From an uncultured Staphylococcaceae bacterium (GTDB taxonomy: Bacteria > Bacillota_I > Bacilli_A > ML615J-28 > CAG-313), in contig CAYLLO010000003.1 in the NCBI GenBank assembly GCA_964384805.1, positions 554 through 64,553 of the forward strand: a stretch of DNA of 64,000 nucleotides, read 5' to 3'. The notes beneath the pieces are model-generated. The model was not told the origin of the DNA and did no database searches. It saw nothing but the letters and a program-made list of their open reading frames with translations. Position 1 is the stretch's first letter; every line of letters starts with the position of its first letter. The translations under genes and the position numbers were made by a program. Below are positions 10,424 to 20,701 of this stretch, piece after piece.

Positions 10424-11536
10424 TCACAATCCATTATGATATTTATTAGCATTTTCATTCAAACGATATTTTTGATAATCTTCATAATTAAATATTTCAC
10501 TTTGAGTTATTTCTAAATATTTAATTACTTGTAATAAGTTAGATTTTTTAGGAATATCAAGTCCACCTCGTAAATCTATTACTAAGAAATCTTTCAATTT
10601 TCGTTTAAACTTATTAATGTCATTTTTCAAATACTTAATATTAAATAATAATACAATTGAATTTTCAGCTACTTTATAATAATTTGCTTTTACATTGGGA
10701 AAAATAGATTTAGCTGCTTCACTAATTTTTTCCAATAGATTCATAACATTAATATTTAAAGTAGTATTTTTAATATAAAACATTGTAAAATTTTCAATAT
10801 TTTTAGGTTTATCAAGTTCTTCAGCCACAATTAAAATATTTTCATTTTTTTCTAATTCATGAATAATATATTCATTGTTAATTATTGTATTAACTTCCAA
10901 ATAATCAAGTTCTAATAATAAAGATTTTATCTCTTCGACATTATCAATTTGTTGTGAAAGATTTAATTTTTCAGCTAATGTCTTAGATAAATATAACTTA
11001 TTTTTAAAATCTAAGTACCCAAGCTTATTTTCTAACAAAACATCAAATTCTTTTAGTTTGGCTTGATTCTCATTTTTAACAATATTGCGGAAAAGTCTTT
11101 TCAAAGAAATATACGGATATCGCTCTTCTTCGATTATTTGATTTCCGTAAAGAAATGCGTAACCTAATAATTCTTCTTTTTCTTTGATTGGAATAATACT
11201 TAAATGCTCAAAATCAAATTTCCGTAAATCTAAACCATAAAATGGTTCAGTAATGGTAAATGTAACATCTTTTTTATTAATATTCATTGATGACGCATTA
11301 TCTAACAATAATTCAAGAATAGATCCTTTTATTTTATCAAAACCATATTCTTTCCAAAATAGTCTAGTACCTTTACTATGATAAACACATATTCGATCAT
11401 TGTGTGTAATCTTTAAGCACTCTTGTAAGAAAGGATCTATTTTTTTCCCCAAAAAAACTAAAGTCATTTGGCTAATCCCTAAAGTACGATTTTCAGCCAA
11501 AAATTCTAAAACTAGATGGCGACTATCAAATCCCAT
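10424..11536 (-). CDS. Cytoplasmic protein of unknown function (possible degenerate GGDEF-like C-terminal domain)
   Basis: 370 aa. The C-terminal segment YYKVAENSIVLLFN...VIDLRGGLDI loosely resembles a GGDEF fold but lacks the GG(D/E)EF motif. Weak call. Confidence 0.4.
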   Translation of the reverse strand: MGFDSRHLVLEFLAENRTLGISQMTLVFLGKKIDPFLQECLKITHNDRICVYHSKGTRLFWKEYGFDKIKGSILELLLDNASSMNINKKDVTFTITEPFYGLDLRKFDFEHLSIIPIKEKEELLGYAFLYGNQIIEEERYPYISLKRLFRNIVKNENQAKLKEFDVLLENKLGYLDFKNKLYLSKTLAEKLNLSQQIDNVEEIKSLLLELDYLEVNTIINNEYIIHELEKNENILIVAEELDKPKNIENFTMFYIKNTTLNINVMNLLEKISEAAKSIFPNVKANYYKVAENSIVLLFNIKYLKNDINKFKRKLKDFLVIDLRGGLDIPKKSNLLQVIKYLEITQSEIFNYEDYQKYRLNENANKYHNGL

Positions 11537-11545
11537 AGTTTTCCT

Positions 11546-11986
11546 CTAAAATTCTAAATTAATTGTTACAGGACCATCACAAACAGGATGAAGTTCCATA
11601 TGAGCACCAAATATTCCTTTTTTAGTAACGATTTGATAATCTCTATTTAGTATTTTTATAAATTCCTCATATAAAAAATTAGCATCTTGGGGACACATTG
11701 CCTTTACAAAAGAAGGTCGATTACCTGATGCAGCATCAGCATATAAAGTAAACTGTGAAATGGCAAGAATTGAACCATTAATATCATTAATTGATAAATT
11801 CATTTTTCCCATTTCATCATCAAATACACGTAAATTAGCAATTTTTTTAGCCATTTTTTGGACATTTTCTAACGAATCTTGTTGAGTAAAACCAACTAAC
11901 AATAAATACCCTTTATCTATTTCACTAACTATTTCCTTATTAACAATACAATTAGCACTTTTAACTCTTTGTAATACTACCTTCAT
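11546..11986 (-). CDS. dtd: D-aminoacyl-tRNA deacylase
   Basis: MKVVLQRV... and SQFTLYADAASGNRPSF motif; about 146 aa. Confidence 0.9.
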   Translation of the reverse strand: MKVVLQRVKSANCIVNKEIVSEIDKGYLLLVGFTQQDSLENVQKMAKKIANLRVFDDEMGKMNLSINDINGSILAISQFTLYADAASGNRPSFVKAMCPQDANFLYEEFIKILNRDYQIVTKKGIFGAHMELHPVCDGPVTINLEF

Positions 11987-11987
11987 A

Positions 11988-14174
11988 TTATTTAAAAACT
12001 CTTTCTATATTATATACTTCACTAATCTTACTAATAGATAAAATAACATGATTTAAATCATCTAAACTAGCAACTTGCAATTTAAATTTAGTTATACATT
12101 CACCAGTTTTATTTTTAGTTGAAGAAACCGTTATAATATTGGCTTTCGTTGAATTAATAGAATTAATAAATTCTGCTAAAAGATTTTTTTTATCCATAGC
12201 CATGATTTTTAGCGTTGTATCAAAAACACGCCCCTGAAATTCAGGATCCCAACTTATTTTAATATAACGTTCATCTTCTGATTTAGTGATATTGGGGCAC
12301 CCTGCTCGATGGACAACAATTCCACTACCTTTAGTAATATAGCCATAAATATCATCGCCATATACAGGTTGGCAACAATTTCCCAAGCGCAATTGAGCTT
12401 TATCTAAACCTTCAACAATAATTCCATATGCGTTAGTAGGTTTATGTTTTTGATTTTTTAGATTTTCTTCACCATATTGTTTTAATGCTAACTCATCAGT
12501 TAATTTTACATCTGTAATTCCTAATAAACGATTTAAAATAGTTTGAGGTGTTAAATAACCACGACCAATATCGTACATTAAATCTTCGACAGTATTAATA
12601 TTATTTTTCCCAAAATACTTTTTTACTATTTCATCGTCTAATTGATTATAATTATAAGTAGTTGTTTTTACATATTTTTCAAATTCTTCTGTTCCTAATT
12701 TAATAAGTTCTTCACGTTTTTGTTTATTAATAAAAGAATTTATTTTTTGTCTGGCTCCTGAAGTTTTAGCATGTTTCAACCATTCTTTACTAGGAGAAGT
12801 ATTTTTGTTGGTTTTAATAGCAACAACATCTCCTGTCTTTAATTTATAACTTAGAGGTACAATTTTACCATTAACAATTGCACCAACAGTGGTATTACCA
12901 ATATGAGTGTGAATACGATAGGCAAAATCAAGAGGCATAGAACCAGATGGCAAGTCAATTACATCACCATTAGGAGTAAAAATATAAACATTGGCAGAAA
13001 AAATATCTTCAATAATATTATCAAGCGGATCAATATCGCTAGAGACATCAACATAAGTCGATAAATTTTTATACCATTTTAGTTTATTAGTAATTTCTAA
13101 TTGCTCTTTTTCGGGTGAATAACCTGCATTTTCTTTGTAAGCCCAATGGGCAGCAACACCAATTTCAGCGGTACGATCCATATCATAGGTACGAATTTGG
13201 ATTTCAAATATTTTTCCATTCTCACCAACAATTGTAGTATGTAAAGATTGATAGAGATTAGTTTTAGGTACCGCAATATAATCTTTAAAACGCATTGGTA
13301 GAGGTGTCCAACGGCCATGGATAATACCTAATACACGATAACAATCTTCGACAGTTTTCACAATAACTCGTAATGCTAAAAAGTCATAAATATCATCTAA
13401 AGTTTTATTTTTATTTACAACTTTTTTATAAATACTATAGATATTTTTAATCCGTCCCTTTATTTCATAATCGGTAACATTATTTTCTTTTAGATGGGTT
13501 TCAATACTATTTTGCATGAGTTTTATGTCATCTTCTCGCTCGCTCTTTTTTTCTTTCAAACGATTAGATATTTCATAGTAATTTTCTGGATTTAAATATT
13601 TTAAACTTAAATCTTCAAGTTCTGCTTTTATACGATACATCCCTAAACGATGAGCAAGGGGAGCATACAAATCAAGAGTTTCTTTAGAAATTCGTTTTTG
13701 TTTTTCTATATTATCATGATATTGTAAAGTACGCATATTATGTAAGCGATCAACAAGTTTAACTAAAACAACTCTAATATCTTTAGCCATAGCAAGTAAA
13801 ATTTTTTGGTGATTTTGTGCTAAAACTTTATCTTTAGTGTGGTATTTAAGTTTACTAATTTTTGTAACTCCATCTACAATATTAGCAACATCTTCACCCA
13901 ATTCAACAATCATCTGCTCTTTTGTCATTTCAGTATCTTCTAAAACATCATGTACTAAGGCAGCCACAATTGTACTAGGTCCTGAATGAAGTGTAGTTAA
14001 AATATAAGCAACCTCAAGTGGATGTTGAACATATGGTTCACCTGATTTTCTAAATTGACCTTCATGCATTTTTTCAGCAATCGCATATGCTTTTCTTATA
14101 AATGCAATATTTTCTTCGTGAAGATATTCTTTAGCTATTTCAATTATATCTTCAATTGTTTTTACTTTGTCCAT
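11988..14174 (-). CDS. relA: Bifunctional (p)ppGpp synthetase/hydrolase (RelA/SpoT family)
   Basis: HD hydrolase domain (HSGPS...HDVLEDT), synthetase domain, TGS/ACT C-terminal region. Conserved apt-relA-dtd synteny. Confidence 0.95.
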   Translation of the reverse strand: MDKVKTIEDIIEIAKEYLHEENIAFIRKAYAIAEKMHEGQFRKSGEPYVQHPLEVAYILTTLHSGPSTIVAALVHDVLEDTEMTKEQMIVELGEDVANIVDGVTKISKLKYHTKDKVLAQNHQKILLAMAKDIRVVLVKLVDRLHNMRTLQYHDNIEKQKRISKETLDLYAPLAHRLGMYRIKAELEDLSLKYLNPENYYEISNRLKEKKSEREDDIKLMQNSIETHLKENNVTDYEIKGRIKNIYSIYKKVVNKNKTLDDIYDFLALRVIVKTVEDCYRVLGIIHGRWTPLPMRFKDYIAVPKTNLYQSLHTTIVGENGKIFEIQIRTYDMDRTAEIGVAAHWAYKENAGYSPEKEQLEITNKLKWYKNLSTYVDVSSDIDPLDNIIEDIFSANVYIFTPNGDVIDLPSGSMPLDFAYRIHTHIGNTTVGAIVNGKIVPLSYKLKTGDVVAIKTNKNTSPSKEWLKHAKTSGARQKINSFINKQKREELIKLGTEEFEKYVKTTTYNYNQLDDEIVKKYFGKNNINTVEDLMYDIGRGYLTPQTILNRLLGITDVKLTDELALKQYGEENLKNQKHKPTNAYGIIVEGLDKAQLRLGNCCQPVYGDDIYGYITKGSGIVVHRAGCPNITKSEDERYIKISWDPEFQGRVFDTTLKIMAMDKKNLLAEFINSINSTKANIITVSSTKNKTGECITKFKLQVASLDDLNHVILSISKISEVYNIERVFK

Positions 14175-14368
14175 ATCTTCACCTTAGATAATTAAATTGT
14201 ACTTTTAGTTATCCAACTCCTTTTATAAATTTTTTATAGTTATGAGTACAACATAACTTTTAAACTACTTTCTTAGTAATATAGTATAATTAAAGTATTG
14301 TAAAATATTCCATAGGTCTTACATACAAAAATATTTATACTTACTAATAATAGCTTTTTAATTAAAGT

Positions 14369-14893
14369 TTAATATTTTACAACAGTAAATACATTATATT
14401 CTGATAAAGCCTCTCGACCTTTCAAAGCTTCCAATTCTATCACACAAGCGACTCCCACTACTATTCCTCCTAATGATTCAATTAATTTAATAGCTGCAGT
14501 AAGAGTTCCCCCTGTTGCTAATAAATCATCAATAATCACAACCTTTTGTCCAGGAATAATAGCATCTTTATGCATACATAATGTATTAGTTCCATATTCT
14601 AAATCATAGGTTTGTGAAACTATTTCACGAGGTAACTTATTAGGTTTTCTAATTGGTACAAATCCAATATTCATATTTACTGAAACTGGACATCCAAAAA
14701 TGAAACCTCTCGATTCAGGTCCTGCAATCACTTCAGCCCCTACTTCTTTTGAAAAAGCTGTAATAAGTTCACAAACCGTATTAAAGGTCTCACCGTTTCC
14801 TAATAGCGGTGTAATATCACGAAATAAAATTCCTTCAACAGGAAAATCCTTAACATCAGCAATATAATCTTTAAAATTCATAACAATTACCAT
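14369..14893 (-). CDS. apt: Adenine phosphoribosyltransferase
   Basis: DFPVEGILFRDITPLL and the PRPP-binding VVIIDDLLATGGT motif. Confidence 0.9.
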   Translation of the reverse strand: MVIVMNFKDYIADVKDFPVEGILFRDITPLLGNGETFNTVCELITAFSKEVGAEVIAGPESRGFIFGCPVSVNMNIGFVPIRKPNKLPREIVSQTYDLEYGTNTLCMHKDAIIPGQKVVIIDDLLATGGTLTAAIKLIESLGGIVVGVACVIELEALKGREALSEYNVFTVVKY

Positions 14894-15024
14894 CCTATAG
14901 TTAAATTATAATTTATTATAACATTTTTAAGCACATTTTTAAAGATATTTGTTAAACTTTATAATTTTTTCTCATATTTTTAGTTTTTAAATCATAAACT
15001 ATTAAAAGAAATGAGTGATTTAAA

Positions 15025-16515
15025 ATGGGTAAACAATTTTTCAAAAATACTTTTTTTTTCAATACTACATTAATTATTATAAGTGGCTTTTTTATTAAAA
15101 TATTAGGATTAATTAATAAAATAATTATTACTAGATACTTAGGAACCGATGGAATGACATTATATATAATGTCTTTTCCTACAATTATTTTATTTCTTAA
15201 TCTTTCTACTTTAAACATTAATAATTGTATCAGCAAAATGATAGCCGAAGCAACTATTACTCAAAAATATTCAACTAAAAAAATTATTACATCCGCTTTA
15301 AAAATAACCTTACTTAGTTCTATCTTAACAATTATTGGATTACTTATTTTAATAAATCCCCTAGTTAATTATTTTTTAAACAACCAAAATTTATTTTGGC
15401 CTCTTTTAACAACCATTATTTTAATTCCTTTAACAGCAATAAGTGATACTTTAAAAGGTTATTACAATGGACTAAAGCAAATAACCAAAAGTACAATGGC
15501 TGGATTAATTGAACAAATCTCTAGAATTATTTTTGTTATTATTTTTCTTCAATTAACAATTCCTTATGGTATTATTGTCTCAGCCACTTTTACGTTATTG
15601 GCTTTAAGTTTTGGAGAATTATGTTCTGTCATATATTTAGTCATAAAATTTAAAAAAGAAAATCTTACCGATTTTCCATCACCCTCCCCTTCTAAAGAAT
15701 TACTATCTCTAACTATCCCTTCTACCTTATCAAAATTAATAGGGAGTTTCACTTATTTTTTAGAACCTATTATCTACACATGGATTTTAACTCTTTTAAA
15801 ATATCAAACCTCTGATATCCAGACTACATATACAATTATTAATGCTTATTCTTTACCACTTCTCACAACCGCATCTTTTATTTCAATCGCTTTGTCAACT
15901 ACAATAATCCCAAGCATATCAGAAAATTATGCTTTAAATAAAAAAGAAAGTGTTAAATATTTAATTGATAAGTTAATTATTTTTTCTCTTGTACCAAGTC
16001 TACTTATCTCCTTGTTACTTTTTATGTATCCCAAGGAATTTATGAATCTCATTTATGGAACTATTGAAGGTACATCTTTAATTAAACCTTTTGTTTTCTA
16101 TTTCACTTTATACTATCTTCAAATACCTTTCATGTCTATTTTACATGCAATTGGAAAAACCAAAACACAGTTTTTTATTTCTACATTTTTTGCGGTTATA
16201 AGATTAATACTAATTATTCTTTTATCTTTTTTTTCAACAATTGGACTTAATAGCATTTTTTTTGCGGTAGTGATAACAATGGTATTAAATTCGATTGTAA
16301 CCATCTTTTATGTTATTAAATACACAAATTATCAAATTAATTATAATACTCTTATAACTTTATCTTTGATAACTTTTTTAAACTTTTTAATACTAAATAT
16401 CTTAGAATATATTAGTCATAATTTTTTTATCAACTCCATAATTATTAGCATTTTATTCATAAGTTTATGTTTTGTATTTAATTTAATTGACATTAAGAGT
16501 TTGAAACGATCTTAA
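15025..16515 (+). CDS. MOP-superfamily flippase (SpoVB/MurJ/Wzx-like polysaccharide biosynthesis protein)
   Basis: 496 aa with about 14 TM helices. Overall pattern typical of SpoVB-like flippases. A sporulation (SpoVB) role is plausible but cannot be shown from sequence alone. Confidence 0.65.
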   Translation: MGKQFFKNTFFFNTTLIIISGFFIKILGLINKIIITRYLGTDGMTLYIMSFPTIILFLNLSTLNINNCISKMIAEATITQKYSTKKIITSALKITLLSSILTIIGLLILINPLVNYFLNNQNLFWPLLTTIILIPLTAISDTLKGYYNGLKQITKSTMAGLIEQISRIIFVIIFLQLTIPYGIIVSATFTLLALSFGELCSVIYLVIKFKKENLTDFPSPSPSKELLSLTIPSTLSKLIGSFTYFLEPIIYTWILTLLKYQTSDIQTTYTIINAYSLPLLTTASFISIALSTTIIPSISENYALNKKESVKYLIDKLIIFSLVPSLLISLLLFMYPKEFMNLIYGTIEGTSLIKPFVFYFTLYYLQIPFMSILHAIGKTKTQFFISTFFAVIRLILIILLSFFSTIGLNSIFFAVVITMVLNSIVTIFYVIKYTNYQINYNTLITLSLITFLNFLILNILEYISHNFFINSIIISILFISLCFVFNLIDIKSLKRS

Positions 16516-17191
16516 GTTTATCTTCCGTATAAAAAGCACAATAAATATCTTTTAATTTAACGTTATTTTTTTTAAGTTCTTTCTTCAACCATTCTTCATC
16601 TTTATCTAATAATTTTAAATATCTTTGTTCAATTTTTCCACTAACAATCAGTGGCAAAGGAAAATAATCTGTTTCTGCATACTTAAAAACACTGAGTTTA
16701 CCACCATTTTCTAATATTGCATATTCAACTTCATCAATGCTTCGAACATCTTTTTGTCGTAATTGTGACAATAAATCATCAAAATTGTAACATAATTTTT
16801 TCATTTCTTGAATATTAACTTTACCTCTAAAGATAATAACTGATTCTTGCCCATCAAAAAGTTTTCGCAATTTAGTTGATTTTAAAATAATGAAAGATAT
16901 AATCTTTTGAAGTAATGTCAATGATAAAATAGGTAACAAAACTAACCAATAATTAATATTATGGTTCTCAATACCAATTATCATTATATCTGCTATTGAT
17001 AATAAGATGATTAAATCAAATAAACTAAGTTGACCTATTTCTCTTTTTCCCATAATTTTCAGCATTAGTATTAAAATAAAATACCCTATTATTGTTCTAA
17101 GCAAAACTTGTATCAAAACCATATAATTACCTCTTCTAAAATTGTTAAATAATTCATATAATGTAATGGTGATATTATGTCTTTCATACAA
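16493..17191 (-). CDS. DUF421 (YetF-like) membrane protein
   Basis: N-terminal TM helices plus the C-terminal DUF421 pattern (FRGKVNIQEMKKL...DDLLSQLRQKDVRSIDEVEYAILENGGKLSV). Confidence 0.75.
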   Translation of the reverse strand: MYERHNITITLYELFNNFRRGNYMVLIQVLLRTIIGYFILILMLKIMGKREIGQLSLFDLIILLSIADIMIIGIENHNINYWLVLLPILSLTLLQKIISFIILKSTKLRKLFDGQESVIIFRGKVNIQEMKKLCYNFDDLLSQLRQKDVRSIDEVEYAILENGGKLSVFKYAETDYFPLPLIVSGKIEQRYLKLLDKDEEWLKKELKKNNVKLKDIYCAFYTEDKLKIVSNS

Positions 17192-17566
17192 TACAAAATA
17201 AAAGAATTATTCTACGTTACTATTATTTTTATCCTCTTTGGAATAATTTATACTTCACTAATATATTTTAAAGTGCTAGATGCTAATTATTCTAACATTA
17301 GAACTATTACTTATATAGCAGGAGGGATAGTTTTCTTCATTTATGGCTTTATCAGTGGAAAATTAGAAAAACAGAATGGTTGGTTAGCTGGTTTAAGTAG
17401 TTTTCTAATACTTTTAACAATTATTTTAATTATAAATTTTTTTTGTCATACACAAATTAACTTATTATTTATAGGAAAATTATTAAGTTATTTATTATGT
17501 AGTATGTCAGGCGGAATAATAGGCGTAAATATCGGTAATAAAAAGACTAAAAAAAAATATTTTTAA
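17177..17566 (+). CDS. Small membrane protein, function unknown
   Basis: 129 aa, 4 predicted TM helices. Confidence 0.4.
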   Translation: MSFIQYKIKELFYVTIIFILFGIIYTSLIYFKVLDANYSNIRTITYIAGGIVFFIYGFISGKLEKQNGWLAGLSSFLILLTIILIINFFCHTQINLLFIGKLLSYLLCSMSGGIIGVNIGNKKTKKKYF

Positions 17567-17710
17567 AAAGTATTTTAAAAAACCCACACATACTGGTATA
17601 TTATAAAAGAATTGATGTGGGTGTATTTTTTATCTAGATTTAATTAAAAATAGAGTTATCAAATTAAACAGCAATATTTCGTGCATAATTAACTTCTTTT
17701 TTCTATATAA

Positions 17711-17748
17711 AAAAGGTAAGAATTTTGTAAAGGTTCTTACCTTTTTTT
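17711..17748. terminator. Bidirectional rho-independent terminator between convergent genes
   Basis: AAAAAAGGTAAGAA-loop-TTCTTACCTTTTTTTT. Confidence 0.6.
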
Positions 17749-17773
17749 TAACAATATTTTTATACTTTAGGAA

Positions 17774-18544
17774 TTATTTTTTAAAAAAATGAAATTCAAT
17801 ATTAATTTTTTTAATTTGACTAAAAAAATTATTAATAATAATCCCATCTACTTTTTTATTAGCATACGATCTAATTCCTGCATATGTCATATTGTTTTTA
17901 ATAATGATTTTTTTATAATTATTATTCATTACCGCTAATTCTATTTCTTGCAGAGTAAAATTATTACAAACAATATGAGTACATTTTGATACTTGTAATT
18001 TTTGAAATTCATCAAAATTATTAACCTCAACATAAATTACATCATCATCAAAAGATTCTAGGATTTTATGAATACTTTCATCTGAATTCCAAATACTAGC
18101 ATCTAAATAGGTTATTTGATGTTCAATTATTTTCCCTTTTGCATTTTTGATTGCTTCATTATAATAAAAACCAATTCCTGGTAATGTATGTTCAAAAAAT
18201 AATAGTTCTACATTTAAATCTTTTATTTCTTCTTGAAATTTTAAAATCGTCGATGATACACCACAAAGTTCTGAAAATAAGTTTTGACAAACATTTTTTA
18301 TCATCATAAGTTCACTATAATTACCTCTTACACTTAATAAAACATCTCCATTTTTAATTAAATCACCATCTTCTTTTACTAAATAAAGAGTATTTTTAGC
18401 ATTTTGTTTTTTTAAAATATCAGCAATTAAAGTTATTCCCGAGGCAATTCCTCGACTTTTAGAAACAAATAATCCACCTGTTGAAATTTTTATTTTACTA
18501 TTTTTCAAGTTATTTTCAATAATAATTTCCTCAACAAATTTCAT
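17774..18544 (-). CDS. NadC/ModD-family (type II) phosphoribosyltransferase-like protein
   Basis: N-domain pattern ELMMIKNVCQNLFSELCGVSST (cf. ER.ALN....SGIAT) and C-domain IYVEVNNFDEF...HIVCNNF (cf. IEVEV.NLDE....IMLDNF). Confidence 0.55.
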   Translation of the reverse strand: MKFVEEIIIENNLKNSKIKISTGGLFVSKSRGIASGITLIADILKKQNAKNTLYLVKEDGDLIKNGDVLLSVRGNYSELMMIKNVCQNLFSELCGVSSTILKFQEEIKDLNVELLFFEHTLPGIGFYYNEAIKNAKGKIIEHQITYLDASIWNSDESIHKILESFDDDVIYVEVNNFDEFQKLQVSKCTHIVCNNFTLQEIELAVMNNNYKKIIIKNNMTYAGIRSYANKKVDGIIINNFFSQIKKINIEFHFFKK

Positions 18545-18552
18545 TTTTACCT

Positions 18553-19626
18553 CTAACTATTCATAAAAAGAAATATGAAAAGAAAAACCAATAGAACTAT
18601 AAGTAATACGACTAAAGTAACTTTGATTGATGAAATTGGAGTTTTACCAACAATTTTTCCACTTTCTCCATTAACCATAAAACTATAATTCTTTTTATCA
18701 TACTTATATAAGCAAATCCATACTGGTAAAATAACATATTTATATCGAATTTTATCGTAAGTGGTATTTACTTTTAAATAATCAACCACATCATAATGAT
18801 ATTTGTTTAATATTTGTTGCTCAATACTTCTTTTGGCTTTATTTTTGGCAATAGTCCATCCATCTTTTAATGACAATTTATAATGTTCTGCACTAAAGCC
18901 TACTAAATACCGTTCATCATAAAGATATGAATCATTAGTATTATAAGGTGCTAATTTATCTAAAATATTTTGTTCTAATTTATCACCTGAGCAAATTAAA
19001 ATATCATCAAAAGCAGTCTTATGAGTTCCCCTAATATTAAAATATCTTATTTTAGTTACAGTTCGTCGATTTTTACCACTTCCAACTGTTGTTGTATATG
19101 TTTTACCTAATCTTCCTTTATAAGTAGATAAAGTATCGGTATCGTAAGTCCAACTGGGGATATAAACACCATTAATCAATGGATTAGGTAAACTTTTTTT
19201 TACTTTCCTTGGTGCAAAAAAACGTTTTTTCAACCATTTTTGATAATTATCTACTACATCCTTTTTTCCTATTTTAAAAGGTATAACCCGATTAGGTTTT
19301 TCCCCTACCAATTCATCACTATTTATGACCGCAGATGAACCACAAAATGGACAATTACTAGTCATATCTTCTTTAGAAACAACATTATTAGCTCCACAAT
19401 TTTCACAATGAACAATTCTACTAGAAATGTTCCAATTATTAATCGTTTTATCACAATTGGCTAAGAAATCTAATTCTTCAGTTGATGATTCACCTTTTAA
19501 ACTAATTGTAGTTTTACAATATTCACAATATAATGCTTCCTTTTCTGGTAAATATTTTAAATTAGCCCCACATCCAGGACATTCATATATTTCACTATCT
19601 ACCAACTCTTCTTTTTCAGCAAACAT
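18553..19626 (-). CDS. Zinc-ribbon protein with C-terminal TM anchor (B. subtilis YdjG-like)
   Basis: Three CxxC...CxxC zinc-ribbon pairs in the N-terminal 100 aa (CPGCG...CEYCK; CENCG...CPFCG). Hydrophobic C-terminus (VTLVVLLIVLLVFLFIFLF). Confidence 0.5.
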   Translation of the reverse strand: MFAEKEELVDSEIYECPGCGANLKYLPEKEALYCEYCKTTISLKGESSTEELDFLANCDKTINNWNISSRIVHCENCGANNVVSKEDMTSNCPFCGSSAVINSDELVGEKPNRVIPFKIGKKDVVDNYQKWLKKRFFAPRKVKKSLPNPLINGVYIPSWTYDTDTLSTYKGRLGKTYTTTVGSGKNRRTVTKIRYFNIRGTHKTAFDDILICSGDKLEQNILDKLAPYNTNDSYLYDERYLVGFSAEHYKLSLKDGWTIAKNKAKRSIEQQILNKYHYDVVDYLKVNTTYDKIRYKYVILPVWICLYKYDKKNYSFMVNGESGKIVGKTPISSIKVTLVVLLIVLLVFLFIFLFMNS

Positions 19627-19636
19627 AAGTTCACCA

Positions 19637-20692
19637 TTAGTTTAATTTCTTTCCACATTCAGGACAGAATTTAGCATCTTCAAGCACTTTATTTCCACAT
19701 TCAGAACAAAACTTACTTTGTGGTAATTTTTCTCCACATTCGGGACAAAATTTAGCATTTACTGAAATCAAATTAGAACATTTAGGGCATTGCTTTTGAC
19801 TTCCTTCTTTAGGAGTATCTTTAGCATTATTTAACGCATTAGACATTAAGTTACCCATTGAAACACCTGCTCCAAGTCCCATTCCTGCACCTGCTAAACC
19901 ATTTTCCTCATTTTTAGCCGCATCTCGCATTGCCCCTGCTGCCTCATATGTAACATAACTTCCCATTTTATCACTCATAATGCCAACTGATGTTCGTTTA
20001 TCAATTGTTTCTTCAACTTCTTTTGGTAAAGAAACATTTTCAATAAATAATTCTACTAAAGTTAAACCTATTTCATTAAAATCTTCTTGAACAGTTTGTT
20101 TTATTAATTCAGCTAATTCATAATACTTACCAGCTATTTCTAAAACTGGAATACCAGCTTTTGATAAAGTACTACTAAATCCACTTACAACCATACTTTT
20201 AAAATAATCTTCCAAGGCTTTAGTAGAATAATCCTTTTTAGTCCCAAAAATTTCTTTCATAAATTTACCGGCATCAGTTACACGATATGCATACTTTCCA
20301 AATGCTCTAATACGCACTGGTCCAAATTCCTTATCACTCATCATTACTGGATTAGTAGTTCCCCAAGGTTGATTAATAAATTGTTTAGTATTAATATAAT
20401 AAACATCCGCTTTAAATGGTGAATCAAATCCATATTTCCAACCAGCAATTTTGGTTAAAATCGGTAAGTTTTTAGTTTCTAATTTATGTCTTCCTGGTCC
20501 AAAAATATCACCAATTTGACCATCTTTTACTAAAATAGCTACTTGTGATTCTGTAACAATTAACTGACACCCATTCATAATTTCATCACGACTATCTTGA
20601 ATAGGATAACGGTATACTAAAGTATCTGTAGAATCATCCTTCCATTCAATAACTTTTAATAATTGTTTTCTAATTGCGTTAAATAAACCCAT
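19637..20692 (-). CDS. SPFH/band-7 domain protein with C-terminal tandem zinc ribbons (YdjI / virion-core-protein-like)
   Basis: SPFH-like core, then CPKCSNLISVNAKFCPECGEKL...FCSECGNKVLEDAKFCPECGKKL. Confidence 0.6.
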   Translation of the reverse strand: MGLFNAIRKQLLKVIEWKDDSTDTLVYRYPIQDSRDEIMNGCQLIVTESQVAILVKDGQIGDIFGPGRHKLETKNLPILTKIAGWKYGFDSPFKADVYYINTKQFINQPWGTTNPVMMSDKEFGPVRIRAFGKYAYRVTDAGKFMKEIFGTKKDYSTKALEDYFKSMVVSGFSSTLSKAGIPVLEIAGKYYELAELIKQTVQEDFNEIGLTLVELFIENVSLPKEVEETIDKRTSVGIMSDKMGSYVTYEAAGAMRDAAKNEENGLAGAGMGLGAGVSMGNLMSNALNNAKDTPKEGSQKQCPKCSNLISVNAKFCPECGEKLPQSKFCSECGNKVLEDAKFCPECGKKLN

Positions 20693-20701
20693 AATTTCCT
20701 C

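Noticed and set aside
14952-15236. 94-aa minus-strand ORF overlapping the start of the flippase gene
   Set aside because: Overlaps the 5' end of the much longer, well-formed 496-aa membrane protein gene and the apt promoter region. Composition is Ile/Lys-rich junk.
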